Source of the DNA: Candidatus Heimdallarchaeota archaeon
GTDB lineage: Archaea > Asgardarchaeota > Heimdallarchaeia > Heimdallarchaeales > Heimdallarchaeaceae
Length of the DNA stretch: 64,000 bases
Reading direction: 5' to 3'
NCBI GenBank assembly: GCA_030668875.1
Contig: DAOVER010000005.1
Location: forward strand, 26,597-90,596
Part shown: positions 20,130-29,139 of the stretch, in pieces
How the letters are laid out: each line of letters starts with the position of its first letter
Numbering within the stretch: position 1 is the stretch's first letter
The notes under the pieces: generated by a model
Told to the model about the DNA's origin: nothing
Databases searched by the model: none
Seen by the model: the letters and a program-made list of their open reading frames with translations, nothing else
Position numbers and translations under genes: made by a program

Positions 20130-20783
20130 GTGAAATGTATGGGTCTACGTATCTTTTCAGTTAATAAAGATGGTAGTTTTTTCGAGGTTCCATCAGAGAA
20201 AGAGAGTTTTCTTCGCGGTGATGGAGCTTATTTGATTGTAGATAGAAAAGAAAAGAAGATATTCATCTATCGAAAAATGGGCATATCAAGTGCTTTAGCA
20301 TATTCAGCCGCTAGAGCAGCAACCAACCTTAATACACATAAGGGTTCTAGATACAAAATCATTAACATAGAGGAGGAAGAGAAGGATCGTATACTTCCAT
20401 CACTTTATCAGAGGCTAGATGTTTCGATTCCAAGTGAGATTAAAGAAAGTAAAGAAACTGCGATTGCCTCGAGAAATATTGTTTATGGTGAAACAACCAT
20501 TCCAGTTTTTGAAACAAAAAACTATTCTTCAAGCGTCCAAACTAAGAAAGAAGAGAGAGAAATACAACCTGTAAGAAAAATTCTTCAAATAGAGAAAGAG
20601 AAGGAGAGTTACAAAACTCAAAATATTGATGAGTTAGTTAAAACTTTGGCAAATCAGATTCTTTTTGAAACTAAATTAGACAAAGCCAAAAAAATGAATA
20701 AGCCAGCAAGACATATTCTGAAAGCTGAAATGGTTAAAAAGATAGATTCGTTATTAGATAATATCTATGAAGAGGACAACTAA
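20130..20783 (+). CDS. gelsolin-like domain protein with Lys/Glu-rich C-terminal extension
   Basis: FLRGDGAYLIVDRKEKKIFIYRKMGISSALAYSAARAA matches the gelsolin-repeat consensus (D.YiLD...iy.W.G..ss..E...A). Confidence 0.45.
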   Translation: MKCMGLRIFSVNKDGSFFEVPSEKESFLRGDGAYLIVDRKEKKIFIYRKMGISSALAYSAARAATNLNTHKGSRYKIINIEEEEKDRILPSLYQRLDVSIPSEIKESKETAIASRNIVYGETTIPVFETKNYSSSVQTKKEEREIQPVRKILQIEKEKESYKTQNIDELVKTLANQILFETKLDKAKKMNKPARHILKAEMVKKIDSLLDNIYEEDN

Positions 20784-22150
20784 TTACCCTCTTTCTGTAT
20801 TTTCGCAATGAAAAAACCTTCAGTTTCATGAAGGTGAGGATATAATTCTTGAGCTTTATTTTCCAATAGATTAGATTCTATGCCAATCATTGGTGAGGCT
20901 AGCATTAATGAAAAGTTTGAGTTGTTCTTGAGAAACTGTGAAATAATCTCATGATTTTCGTCTTCAAAGAGTGAACAAGTTGAATAAACAATACACCCAC
21001 CCACTTCAAGAAGCTTGGAGGCTTCATCAAGCAAAGCATTCTGTAGTTTAATATACCAATTAAGATCTCTCTGTTTCATTCTCCATTTAATATCAGGTCT
21101 TGAAGAATAAGTTCCTGATCCAGAGCATGGGGGATCAAGTAGAATTTTGTCAAAAGTTGATTTAACAGTTTTTTTTAGAGTTCTCGCGTCTGCTGATAAA
21201 ATTTTAACTTCTTCAGCACCTAACAATTTTAATCGATCAGTTAATATTTTCACTCTTTCCTTGTTTAAATCAACAGCCAAGATATTTTTTGCTGTACCAG
21301 CTTGAGCTACAATATGTGAAGTTTTTCCCCCTGGTGATGCGCACATATCGAGTATTTCCTCGCCTAGTTGTGGATTCAGAACTAGTGAAACCAAGGCAGA
21401 AGCTTTTTGCTGTATAACAAGCTTGCCTTCCTTAAATTCATCTAAACGTGGAATTGGTACAGGTGTTTCATCAATGCGTATAAGATTTGGTATAATTTCA
21501 ACAGGGGTGTACTTTATCTCATAGGTTGCAAGATTGTCAACAATCTCATCAAAAGATGCTTTTAGGGTATTAATTCTTACATACATCGGGATACTTTCAA
21601 GTAAGGATTGCAAAACTTTCTCTGTGAAATCTACTCCCCATTGTTTGATGAATTTCCTAATTATCCAAGTATAAGTAAAATACTTCAGAGAATATTTTGA
21701 GGGTAAATCTTCGCGATTCTCAAAGAGATTTTCTTCAGTTACTGATTGGATTAATTCTAACAAAGTGTCAAAAGACATTTGAGCAACGGAGCGATAGTAG
21801 GGTTCAAGCATAGTAACTACTTCGTCAACTGGTTTATTATTTACTTTCAACATGTGTGTAGCTATGCGTAATAGTGCTCTCATATCACTCTTTATTTTTT
21901 TCAGAGAGAAATTTGATGAGCTTGTTTTTATAAAAAGATCAATCCAGTTAAGTTTTCTATAAATCTCATTAGTATAATAATATAGAGTAGATTCTTCTTC
22001 TCTATCTAAATTATATTGATTAACGTGAAAACGTAAAACATTACGTAAAGATTTCCCATTATCTATATCTTCTAATGCAGACATAACTATAGGAATAATA
22101 GAATCCATCACATCCCAACTCTCTCTTCTGGAGTCATTGTCTCTTTTCAC
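20780..22150 (-). CDS. NOP2/Sun-family RNA (cytosine-C5)-methyltransferase
   Basis: DMCASPGGKT and DPPCSGSG catalytic motifs, with a NusB-like N-terminus. Confidence 0.8.
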   Translation of the reverse strand: MKRDNDSRRESWDVMDSIIPIVMSALEDIDNGKSLRNVLRFHVNQYNLDREEESTLYYYTNEIYRKLNWIDLFIKTSSSNFSLKKIKSDMRALLRIATHMLKVNNKPVDEVVTMLEPYYRSVAQMSFDTLLELIQSVTEENLFENREDLPSKYSLKYFTYTWIIRKFIKQWGVDFTEKVLQSLLESIPMYVRINTLKASFDEIVDNLATYEIKYTPVEIIPNLIRIDETPVPIPRLDEFKEGKLVIQQKASALVSLVLNPQLGEEILDMCASPGGKTSHIVAQAGTAKNILAVDLNKERVKILTDRLKLLGAEEVKILSADARTLKKTVKSTFDKILLDPPCSGSGTYSSRPDIKWRMKQRDLNWYIKLQNALLDEASKLLEVGGCIVYSTCSLFEDENHEIISQFLKNNSNFSLMLASPMIGIESNLLENKAQELYPHLHETEGFFIAKIQKEGN

Positions 22151-22161
22151 TATATATTGGT

Positions 22162-22968
22162 TTAGTTGGTTAAATCATTAACAGAAATCCAGTTTACTAT
22201 CTCTTGCGGATAGAAAATTACTTTCTGCTCTACTTTCATTTGTAATAACTGTGAAAACTTTCTAAGAGCGACATTACAGAAATCTTGAATAGGGATAAAT
22301 AGGAAATTCATTTTGTTTTGTTTGTATTCCTTTAATCGTTTTGAATCTAAATTGAAACTAACCACTGTAGTTACTCCTTCCTTCTTGAGTTTCTTTAGTT
22401 CTTCTGACGATAATTCTTGCTTTTCCAGTACAAAACATTCAGGTTTATCATCGGATGTGTTGTTAAAAGCTATCCATTTCTTTGTGAGATGTGAAAGATT
22501 TGCTAGGAAATCTTTGAAAGAAATTTCGCTAGCATTCCAGCGAGAAATGTTGTTACCTGGAGATACGGAAACTTTGTCTTGTTTAAATCGATTGACACCA
22601 AGTGTTTGTAGAAAGTATGCAAAAGCACCATTTTTTGAGTATAACCAGTTATTTGATAGGCTCATTGTTTTGATATTATTGGTAGTTAAAGAGCGTAATA
22701 ATTCAAAATCTCGCTCAGATAATGGAAAACCATTTTCGATAATAGATAATGGCAGAATAGTGATAACCAGATTAGATTTGTTATCATTCATCGAGTGTGT
22801 AAGTCTAAGATTAGCAAATGTGGAAACGAAGATCGTTTTTACTATAGTAGATTTTGTAACCTTTTCTGCATAAGTTCCAAATTCAAGCCCAAAATCCTTA
22901 TTTCGTATGACATCTTTATCACACATTGAGCTAAGTAATTTCAATATCTCGTCTAAAGTTTTTGTCAT
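22162..22968 (-). CDS. hypothetical protein
   Basis: 268-aa ORF with no recognisable motif. Confidence 0.35.
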   Translation of the reverse strand: MTKTLDEILKLLSSMCDKDVIRNKDFGLEFGTYAEKVTKSTIVKTIFVSTFANLRLTHSMNDNKSNLVITILPLSIIENGFPLSERDFELLRSLTTNNIKTMSLSNNWLYSKNGAFAYFLQTLGVNRFKQDKVSVSPGNNISRWNASEISFKDFLANLSHLTKKWIAFNNTSDDKPECFVLEKQELSSEELKKLKKEGVTTVVSFNLDSKRLKEYKQNKMNFLFIPIQDFCNVALRKFSQLLQMKVEQKVIFYPQEIVNWISVNDLTN

Positions 22969-23183
22969 TCTAACGACGTTTGTGATTACAACTTAAAAAA
23001 GGATTTGGGGGCTTTGCTGAAAGTAAAATACCTCAAAAATGAAGAAAAGAAAAAATAGTTCTTACTTCTTTAGGAACAATGGTATTAGTGTATATCATCG
23101 GTTGGAATAAAGCTAAAAGAAAAGTTTAAAACAAAAGTAAGGAAGGAAAGACGTAAGCTTGATTTGTAAGATTTACAGAGAAT

Positions 23184-23268
23184 GCCAGGATATCCAAGCG
23201 GCTACGGAGATGCATTGGAAATGCATTGCCCTTGTGGCGCCGGGGTTCGAATCCCCGTCCTGGCTCCA
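23184..23268 (+). tRNA. tRNA-Ser (anticodon GGA), type II with 14-nt variable arm, CCA encoded
   Basis: Folded by hand: acceptor GCCAGGA/TCCTGGC, anticodon stem ATGCA/TGCAT with loop TTGGAAA, T-arm CGGGG-TTCGAAT-CCCCG. Confidence 0.8.
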
Positions 23269-23491
23269 TATTTTCTTAAACATGTTTATTTGACTAATGA
23301 ATATGTTTTTCTCTATTAAGCAAATACTTAAAAAAATCTTATCTGCATCCTTCTTGAAGTCATTGGTATCTTCTACATATAGATGCTAGGCGAAGCTCGC
23401 TGGAGATAGATGTCTCCCTTTCTACAAACTTGTAGAACGATGAGCTCCACAACTCCGGGTTGTGGAAGAAAAAACGAACAAAAGTGATAAT

Positions 23492-23938
23492 ATGTCATTT
23501 CGCCATTTAGTTAGGATAAAGTCTACCGATTTAGAGGGTCATTTACCTGTTTCTTTAGGACTTTCTAAAATCGGAGGTGTTAACAGAAGGTTAGCACAGA
23601 CAATTGTAAAAACATTGAATATTCCTTATACTGAACGTATCGGTACTCTTACCGATGTTAAAGTTAAGGAAATAGAAAGCGTTATTTCTGATCCCGTTGC
23701 TGCAGGTATCCCTGTGTGGATGATTAATCGAAGAAAAGATCGTCAAACTGGTGATAATTTACACATAACAGAGGCCAAACTCATTCTTCAGACAAAACAA
23801 GATATTGAAAGATATATCAAGATTCGATGCCGTCGAGGAATTCGCCATCAGTTCAAATTAAAAGTCAGAGGTCAAAAGACCCGAACTCATGGTGGTACTG
23901 GTACGACTGTAGGCGTATCTAAGAGAAGACAAAGGTAA
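23492..23938 (+). CDS. rps13: 30S ribosomal protein S13 (uS13)
   Basis: MSFRHLVRI...NRRKD...G.RH motifs. The track ORF starts earlier, at a GTG at 23462. Confidence 0.9.
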   Translation: MSFRHLVRIKSTDLEGHLPVSLGLSKIGGVNRRLAQTIVKTLNIPYTERIGTLTDVKVKEIESVISDPVAAGIPVWMINRRKDRQTGDNLHITEAKLILQTKQDIERYIKIRCRRGIRHQFKLKVRGQKTRTHGGTGTTVGVSKRRQR

Positions 23939-23943
23939 TTATT

Positions 23944-25221
23944 ATGGGTGGAATTAAGAGAAAAAGAAAGAAAATCGAAACGCCAGGTCATCCTTATGAT
24001 AAAGCTCGCTTAGAGAGAGAACTCCCTCTTGTTGGTGCTTATGGTTTAAGAAACAAGCGCGAATTATGGAAAGCAAGAACTATTCTTTCTACAGCTAGAC
24101 AACAAGCTAGAGGCTTACTAGCTCTTGACCCTGAAATTAGAAAAGTTAGAGAACAAGAACTTCTTTCAAGACTCTCTCGTTTTGGTATGTTATCTCAGAA
24201 TAGCAATCTTGACTCTGTTTTAGCACTTGAAATTAAAGTCATTCTTGAAAGAAGACTTCAAACAATTGTATTCAGAAAAGGTTTAGCATCCTCTCCGTAC
24301 CAAGCTCGTCAATTTATTGCTCACAGACACATAGCTATTGGAACTGGTGTTGCAACATCTCCTAGCAGATTAATCACAATAGCTGAAGAGGAGATAGTCA
24401 ACTACGCTCCCCGTTCTCCACTGAATGATCAAACTCATCCTTCGCGACCTCAAGCACCTCCTGCTTTTGATGCGGGGCAACCTGAGAAAAGGGAAGAACA
24501 TAAGCGTGAAAGAACTGGAAGAGATGGCAAACCTAGAAGGAAAGAAGCTCCAAAGAAGGAAACTAAACCAGGAGTTAAACCAAAACCAGAGGTAAAGAAG
24601 GAAACTCCAAAGAAAGAAGCTCCAAAGAAGGAAACTAAACCAGGAGTTAAACCAAAACCAGAGGTAAAGAAGGAAACTCCAAAGAAAGAAGTTCCAAAGA
24701 AGGAAACTCCAAAACCAGAGGTAAAGAAGGAAACTCCAAAGAAAGAAGTTCCAAAGAAGGAAACTCCAAAACCAGAGGTAAAGAAGGAAACTCCAAAACC
24801 AGAGGTAAAAAAGGAAACTCCAAAACCAGAGGTTAAAACAAAGCCAGAAGTGAAGAAAGAGGTTCCAAAGAAGGAAACTAAACCAGAAGTTAAAACAAAG
24901 CCAGAGGTAAAGAAGGAAACTCCAAAACCAGAGGTAAAGAAGGAAACTCCAAAACCAGAGGTTAAAACAAAGCCAGAAGTAAAGAAAGAAGCTCCAAAGA
25001 AGGAAACTAAAATCTCTGACCTTGACATCTCTTTGATAAAAGGTATTGGTGCAAAAACTGCCATGCTTCTCAAAGAAAATGGCTTTGATACTGTTGGTAA
25101 GATTGCTAAGGCAACTACTGAAGAACTTTCCAAAGTTCCAGGTGTTGGTCCCGCTACTGCATCAGCTATGAATAGTGAAGCTAAAGTTTTGCTTTCAAAG
25201 AAAGCTGAGGATAAGAAGTAG
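23944..25221 (+). CDS. rps4: 30S ribosomal protein S4 (uS4) with ~245-aa C-terminal extension: Lys-rich KPEVKKETPK repeats plus a helix-hairpin-helix module
   Basis: Canonical archaeal S4 N-terminus MGGIKRKRKKIETPGHPYD...GLRNKRELWK, then repeats, then IKGIGAKTA...VPGVGPATA HhH. Confidence 0.85.
   Translation: MGGIKRKRKKIETPGHPYDKARLERELPLVGAYGLRNKRELWKARTILSTARQQARGLLALDPEIRKVREQELLSRLSRFGMLSQNSNLDSVLALEIKVILERRLQTIVFRKGLASSPYQARQFIAHRHIAIGTGVATSPSRLITIAEEEIVNYAPRSPLNDQTHPSRPQAPPAFDAGQPEKREEHKRERTGRDGKPRRKEAPKKETKPGVKPKPEVKKETPKKEAPKKETKPGVKPKPEVKKETPKKEVPKKETPKPEVKKETPKKEVPKKETPKPEVKKETPKPEVKKETPKPEVKTKPEVKKEVPKKETKPEVKTKPEVKKETPKPEVKKETPKPEVKTKPEVKKEAPKKETKISDLDISLIKGIGAKTAMLLKENGFDTVGKIAKATTEELSKVPGVGPATASAMNSEAKVLLSKKAEDKK
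24541..25010 (+). repeat. in-frame tandem repeat (30/60/72-nt units) encoding KPEVKKETPK-type Lys/Pro/Glu-rich repeats inside the S4 gene
   Basis: Repeated ccaaaaccagaggtaaagaaggaaactccaaag units are visible directly. Confidence 0.7.
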
Positions 25222-25228
25222 GTGAAGT

Positions 25229-25714
25229 ATGATGAGTAAAAAAGAAGAAACTAAAGTTAAATCTGAAGAAAAGTCTGAAGAAAAAACTGAAACAACAGAA
25301 TCTTCGCGACCTGAGCGACCAAGAAGAAGAGAATCTAAACACGGGATAGCACATATCTTTTCAAGCTATAATGACACAATCATCCACATAACAGACATCT
25401 CTGGAGCTGAAACATTCAGCCGTAAAAGTGGAGGAATGTTTGTGAAAGCAGACAGAAATGAATCAAGTCCTTATGCAGCAATGAAAGCAGCAAACGCAGC
25501 AGCACAAGAATCGCAAGCAAAAGGAATATATCAACTGTATGTAAGATATAGGGCACCAGGAGGACATAAAAATAGAACTCCAGGACCAGGAACACAAGCA
25601 GCATTACGTGCACTGAAAAGATCAGGAATGAGAATAATAAGACTAGAAGATGTAACTCCATTGCCACACAATGGTTGTAGGAGAAAGGGTGGCCGTAGAG
25701 GCCGTAGAATGTAG
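25229..25714 (+). CDS. rps11: 30S ribosomal protein S11 (uS11) with ~30-aa K/E-rich N-terminal extension
   Basis: GIAHIF.S.NDTIIH...[22 protein letters not shown]. Confidence 0.9.
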   Translation: MMSKKEETKVKSEEKSEEKTETTESSRPERPRRRESKHGIAHIFSSYNDTIIHITDISGAETFSRKSGGMFVKADRNESSPYAAMKAANAAAQESQAKGIYQLYVRYRAPGGHKNRTPGPGTQAALRALKRSGMRIIRLEDVTPLPHNGCRRKGGRRGRRM

Positions 25715-25805
25715 TTTTCATCTTTTTCCATTTCCTTATTTTTACTTTCATTTTTGTAATGTTTGGGTTTATATCCCATTTTCTTTATTATAATTTGAAG
25801 AGTTT

Positions 25806-26252
25806 ATGACAATTACTAAAGCTAAAATATTTGCATGTGAAATCTGTGGGAAAGAGTTTGGAAGAAAGGACAATCTAGGAAGGCACAAAATAACAGTTCA
25901 TTCCAAATCACAGAAGCATAAATGTCCAAAGTGCAATTTTTCTTCAACAAGAAAAGATAGTCTTGATAAACATATCAAAGAAGTTCACAGTGAAGTAAAG
26001 CAATATTCTTGTAAAATGTGTGGAGAAAGGTTCACACAAAAAGGGAGTATGGAAAGGCATATAGATTCCTCTCATAAAGACGTTTTTTCTTTTGCATGTC
26101 CCAAATGCAATTCAATTTTCTCAAGAAAAGATAGCTTGTTACGACATATCAGAAGTGTGCACGAAGGTATAAGACCTCACAAATGTTCAGAATGTGGTAA
26201 AAGCTTTCAACATAAACATCATCTGAAGGATCACCTAATTTTAGGTCATTGA
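25806..26252 (+). CDS. tandem C2H2 zinc-finger protein (5 fingers)
   Basis: Five C-x2-C-x12-H-x4-H units, e.g. CEICGKEFGRKDNLGRHKITVH. Confidence 0.8.
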   Translation: MTITKAKIFACEICGKEFGRKDNLGRHKITVHSKSQKHKCPKCNFSSTRKDSLDKHIKEVHSEVKQYSCKMCGERFTQKGSMERHIDSSHKDVFSFACPKCNSIFSRKDSLLRHIRSVHEGIRPHKCSECGKSFQHKHHLKDHLILGH

Positions 26253-26261
26253 GGGAAGGAA

Positions 26262-27425
26262 ATGAGTAACTCGGAAAAAATAATAATGCGACCAACTTGT
26301 GAAATCTGCGGTCTTAGTTTTTCAAGAAAAGACAGTTTGTATAGACACAAACGATCAGTTCATTCAGAGTCAAAGAAATATAGCTGTACAGAATGCAATC
26401 TCACATTTTCTCGTAAAGATACACTGGATCGTCACATCAATGATGTCCACAAACAAATAAGGAAATATATTTGTACCATATGTGACGAGAAGTTCAAACA
26501 AGCGGGTGCTCTAAAAAGACATATCCAAACAATGCATGAGAAGAATATTAGTTATGAATGTCCAAACTGTGATGCAGCATTCCCGCGTAAAGACAACCTA
26601 GACAGACACATAAATGCCGTTCATTTAAACCTCCGACCCCACATTTGCCAGGAATGTGGTGCAGCTTTCAAACTACCTGATCACCTTAAGCAGCACATTA
26701 TTTCCATACATACTGACCGGCGTCAATATGTTTGTGATGAATGTGGTTTTGCTTTCAAACTTCGTCAACATCTAAATGATCATGTCAAAGTTGTTCACCT
26801 AGGTCTTCGTTCTTATGCTTGTGAGGAATGTGATTCTTCTTTTGCTCATGCTCGTGCTCTTAAGCAACACATTATTTCTGTTCATACCGATGAACTTCCT
26901 TATGTTTGCGAGAAATGTAAGAGAGGATTTGCAGATCCTAGTCATCTATATAGGCATGAAAAAGCTGAAGCTTGTTGGTTTACAACTACTACTGCCTACA
27001 AATGGGAAGAGCTTTGTAAAGAGATAGCTGAGATTCTTTTAGAGGAAAAGAATTGGGAGTGGAAACCTACTATAGAAACACCTGAGTTGGTTGAACAGAC
27101 TAGAGTGCAGCCTGAGATTGTTATCTATAATGATGATGGTACGATGGATTTTATCGATGCTAAGAGGTCTACTTATGCTATTTTCAAGGAGAAGGATCTG
27201 GTAGTTTATCCTAAGGTGGCTAGGAGGGTGGAGTTCTGGTGCCTCTACGGTAAAACCAAGGGGATATTTGAAGAGGAGGAAGGGGTGGAAGCGAAATCAA
27301 GTGAAGAAATCATTGGCAAACTAGAAAAGGAAGATTCGCATGATGGACAGAGAGTAAGGAATCTAATAATGAAGATTAGTTTATTGAAAAAGGGAATAAG
27401 ATTTGAAGGACAACAGACACTGTAG
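26262..27425 (+). CDS. tandem C2H2 zinc-finger protein (~9 fingers) with ~140-aa non-finger C-terminal domain
   Basis: Repeated C-x2-C-x12-H-x4-H units through to ~aa 240. Confidence 0.8.
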   Translation: MSNSEKIIMRPTCEICGLSFSRKDSLYRHKRSVHSESKKYSCTECNLTFSRKDTLDRHINDVHKQIRKYICTICDEKFKQAGALKRHIQTMHEKNISYECPNCDAAFPRKDNLDRHINAVHLNLRPHICQECGAAFKLPDHLKQHIISIHTDRRQYVCDECGFAFKLRQHLNDHVKVVHLGLRSYACEECDSSFAHARALKQHIISVHTDELPYVCEKCKRGFADPSHLYRHEKAEACWFTTTTAYKWEELCKEIAEILLEEKNWEWKPTIETPELVEQTRVQPEIVIYNDDGTMDFIDAKRSTYAIFKEKDLVVYPKVARRVEFWCLYGKTKGIFEEEEGVEAKSSEEIIGKLEKEDSHDGQRVRNLIMKISLLKKGIRFEGQQTL

Positions 27426-27464
27426 TCATAGAAAAACAGATTGTACAATAAAGTCTTAAAGAAC

Positions 27465-28283
27465 TCAATACCCATACCTTGAGGGTAAGCTTGATCTGTA
27501 ATCATAACTTCTAAACAAGTTTTCAATTAACCGAGGGATAGATTCGCCCCTAAAATCTCTAACTGTGTCTATTATATCGTCATCTTTACCCTCTAACAGC
27601 TTCAACCAAAGCTGAGGTTTGTATCTTACAATGTTGGAAAGCATCCAAGAACCTACAAATGCATCAAATGGGTTATAACTTCCTATCACATCAACAAATG
27701 AAGGAACAGATCTCTTTTCCAAATAATCAGAAATATTTGGAAAGCCCTTGAGATTGTCTTCAGCTAAAAGAAGTAGTAAGCTGTAAAAAACACCTTTATC
27801 ATAGACTTTAGCATGCATATACGGTCTGTTTTCTACATATTTGCCTTTTTTCGAAAGACCATGATGAGTGAAGAAAAACACCTCGTCTTTCATTTCATAT
27901 TCAAGACAGAACACTCCTTTGACACATTGTAATAATGCATAGTATTCAACAAGTGGGCTAGAGTTTTCATCCATTTTTAAGGCAGTTTTAAACATCTCAT
28001 AGATCTGTTGAAAATAGATACTAGAATAAATAGCTATTTCAGTATAATCGATTTCAAAATCCCTAGTTTTCACTAGATTTGCTTTCTTATGGATATTTTC
28101 TAGAAGATTAATTTTTGCATCTTTACGCTCTCTTTCAGTCTTATGGATTCTTCTAGATTTCATTTGCTCTTCTTTTGAATCACAGGTTGGATTGAACCTG
28201 GTAATCAATTTTTTCTTAAGATAATATGGAATAGAGTATTTCTCAAGATTATAGAGAACGATTTGGTGATACTTGTCAATCAT
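27465..28283 (-). CDS. hypothetical protein, distal gene of a two-gene operon with the PLD nuclease (2-nt spacing)
   Basis: 272-aa ORF with no recognisable motif. Confidence 0.35.
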   Translation of the reverse strand: MIDKYHQIVLYNLEKYSIPYYLKKKLITRFNPTCDSKEEQMKSRRIHKTERERKDAKINLLENIHKKANLVKTRDFEIDYTEIAIYSSIYFQQIYEMFKTALKMDENSSPLVEYYALLQCVKGVFCLEYEMKDEVFFFTHHGLSKKGKYVENRPYMHAKVYDKGVFYSLLLLLAEDNLKGFPNISDYLEKRSVPSFVDVIGSYNPFDAFVGSWMLSNIVRYKPQLWLKLLEGKDDDIIDTVRDFRGESIPRLIENLFRSYDYRSSLPSRYGY

Positions 28284-28285
28284 TA

Positions 28286-29068
28286 TTAAACCTCAGTTTT
28301 ATTAATTTTCAATCGGATTGGTTTCAGTTGTCTATAGCAAGAACGGCAGGCAGGTTTATTTGTTGAAATACTTACCTCAGCTCCACATATGTGACAATAA
28401 TTTCCCTTAACAAAACCTCTTCTCTTATCTTTCCAACAATCCTTACACCTTATAACGTGGGTCTCTATTGCATCAAGAGCTATTTTTTTCTTGCAAACTA
28501 TGCAAAAACCCAGTTCTTCTTGATTTTCAGCATAAACAGTAAAGTGTTCTCCTTCTTGTTTGAATTGTAGCTCAATCGCCTGTTTACCATTATCAATAGC
28601 TCTAATTTCTTCTCCATTTCTAACAAGAACTGAGATATATTTATCAATCAATTCTAAGTTAGGCAAATCGTCTTCACCTTCGAAATCGACTCCAATCTCA
28701 AAGTTATCCTTTAGTGAATGGTAATAAAGATTCATTGAAGTAGTTAATGCTCTATCTCCATTATAATAACACTTTGCATGAAGATTAGGTACAAGCCAAA
28801 TTTCATCAGAATAATCGTATAGCTTATCTCTTATAGCTTGTGTTTTCGTCAACCTTTTCTCAGCTGATTTATCATCTGGTTTTCTTGTAATAAAGACAAT
28901 TTGCAGATCTTTGTTTTGTTCTATTAAACTATCCATTAACCTAGACCACTGACCATCTTTTTTTTCAAGTTGAATATAGGGGCTAACTATATGTATGTGT
29001 TTAGTAGCCCTTTCAACTATTTCCTCTATAGCCCCAAATATAGAGCCAGTGCTTGTTAGAATTTTCAC
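28286..29068 (-). CDS. phospholipase-D-family (HKD) nuclease with C-terminal zinc ribbons
   Basis: LHAKCYYNGDRALTTSMNL is a HxK...D...S.N HKD motif. C-terminus has CIVCKK..C..C...C.ICG...C..C. Confidence 0.55.
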   Translation of the reverse strand: MKILTSTGSIFGAIEEIVERATKHIHIVSPYIQLEKKDGQWSRLMDSLIEQNKDLQIVFITRKPDDKSAEKRLTKTQAIRDKLYDYSDEIWLVPNLHAKCYYNGDRALTTSMNLYYHSLKDNFEIGVDFEGEDDLPNLELIDKYISVLVRNGEEIRAIDNGKQAIELQFKQEGEHFTVYAENQEELGFCIVCKKKIALDAIETHVIRCKDCWKDKRRGFVKGNYCHICGAEVSISTNKPACRSCYRQLKPIRLKINKTEV

Positions 29069-29122
29069 TTCTTTTCACTTCCCATCCAAGCAAATAATTA
29101 AATAAACTATAAAAGTTTTTAG

Positions 29123-29139
29123 GGGATTTATTGTTTGAT
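29123..29139. repeat. left 17-bp direct repeat GGGATTTATTGTTTGAT flanking the IS
   Basis: Identical copy at 30142-30158. Confidence 0.6.

Noticed and set aside
22313-22873. 186-aa plus-strand ORF
   Set aside because: Lies fully within, and antisense to, the longer 268-aa minus-strand ORF; there is no motif support for either, so the longer one was kept.
24450-25133. 227-aa SGF-repeat ORF on the minus strand
   Set aside because: Antisense of the Lys-rich repeat region of the S4 gene; the repetitive composition creates an open antisense frame.
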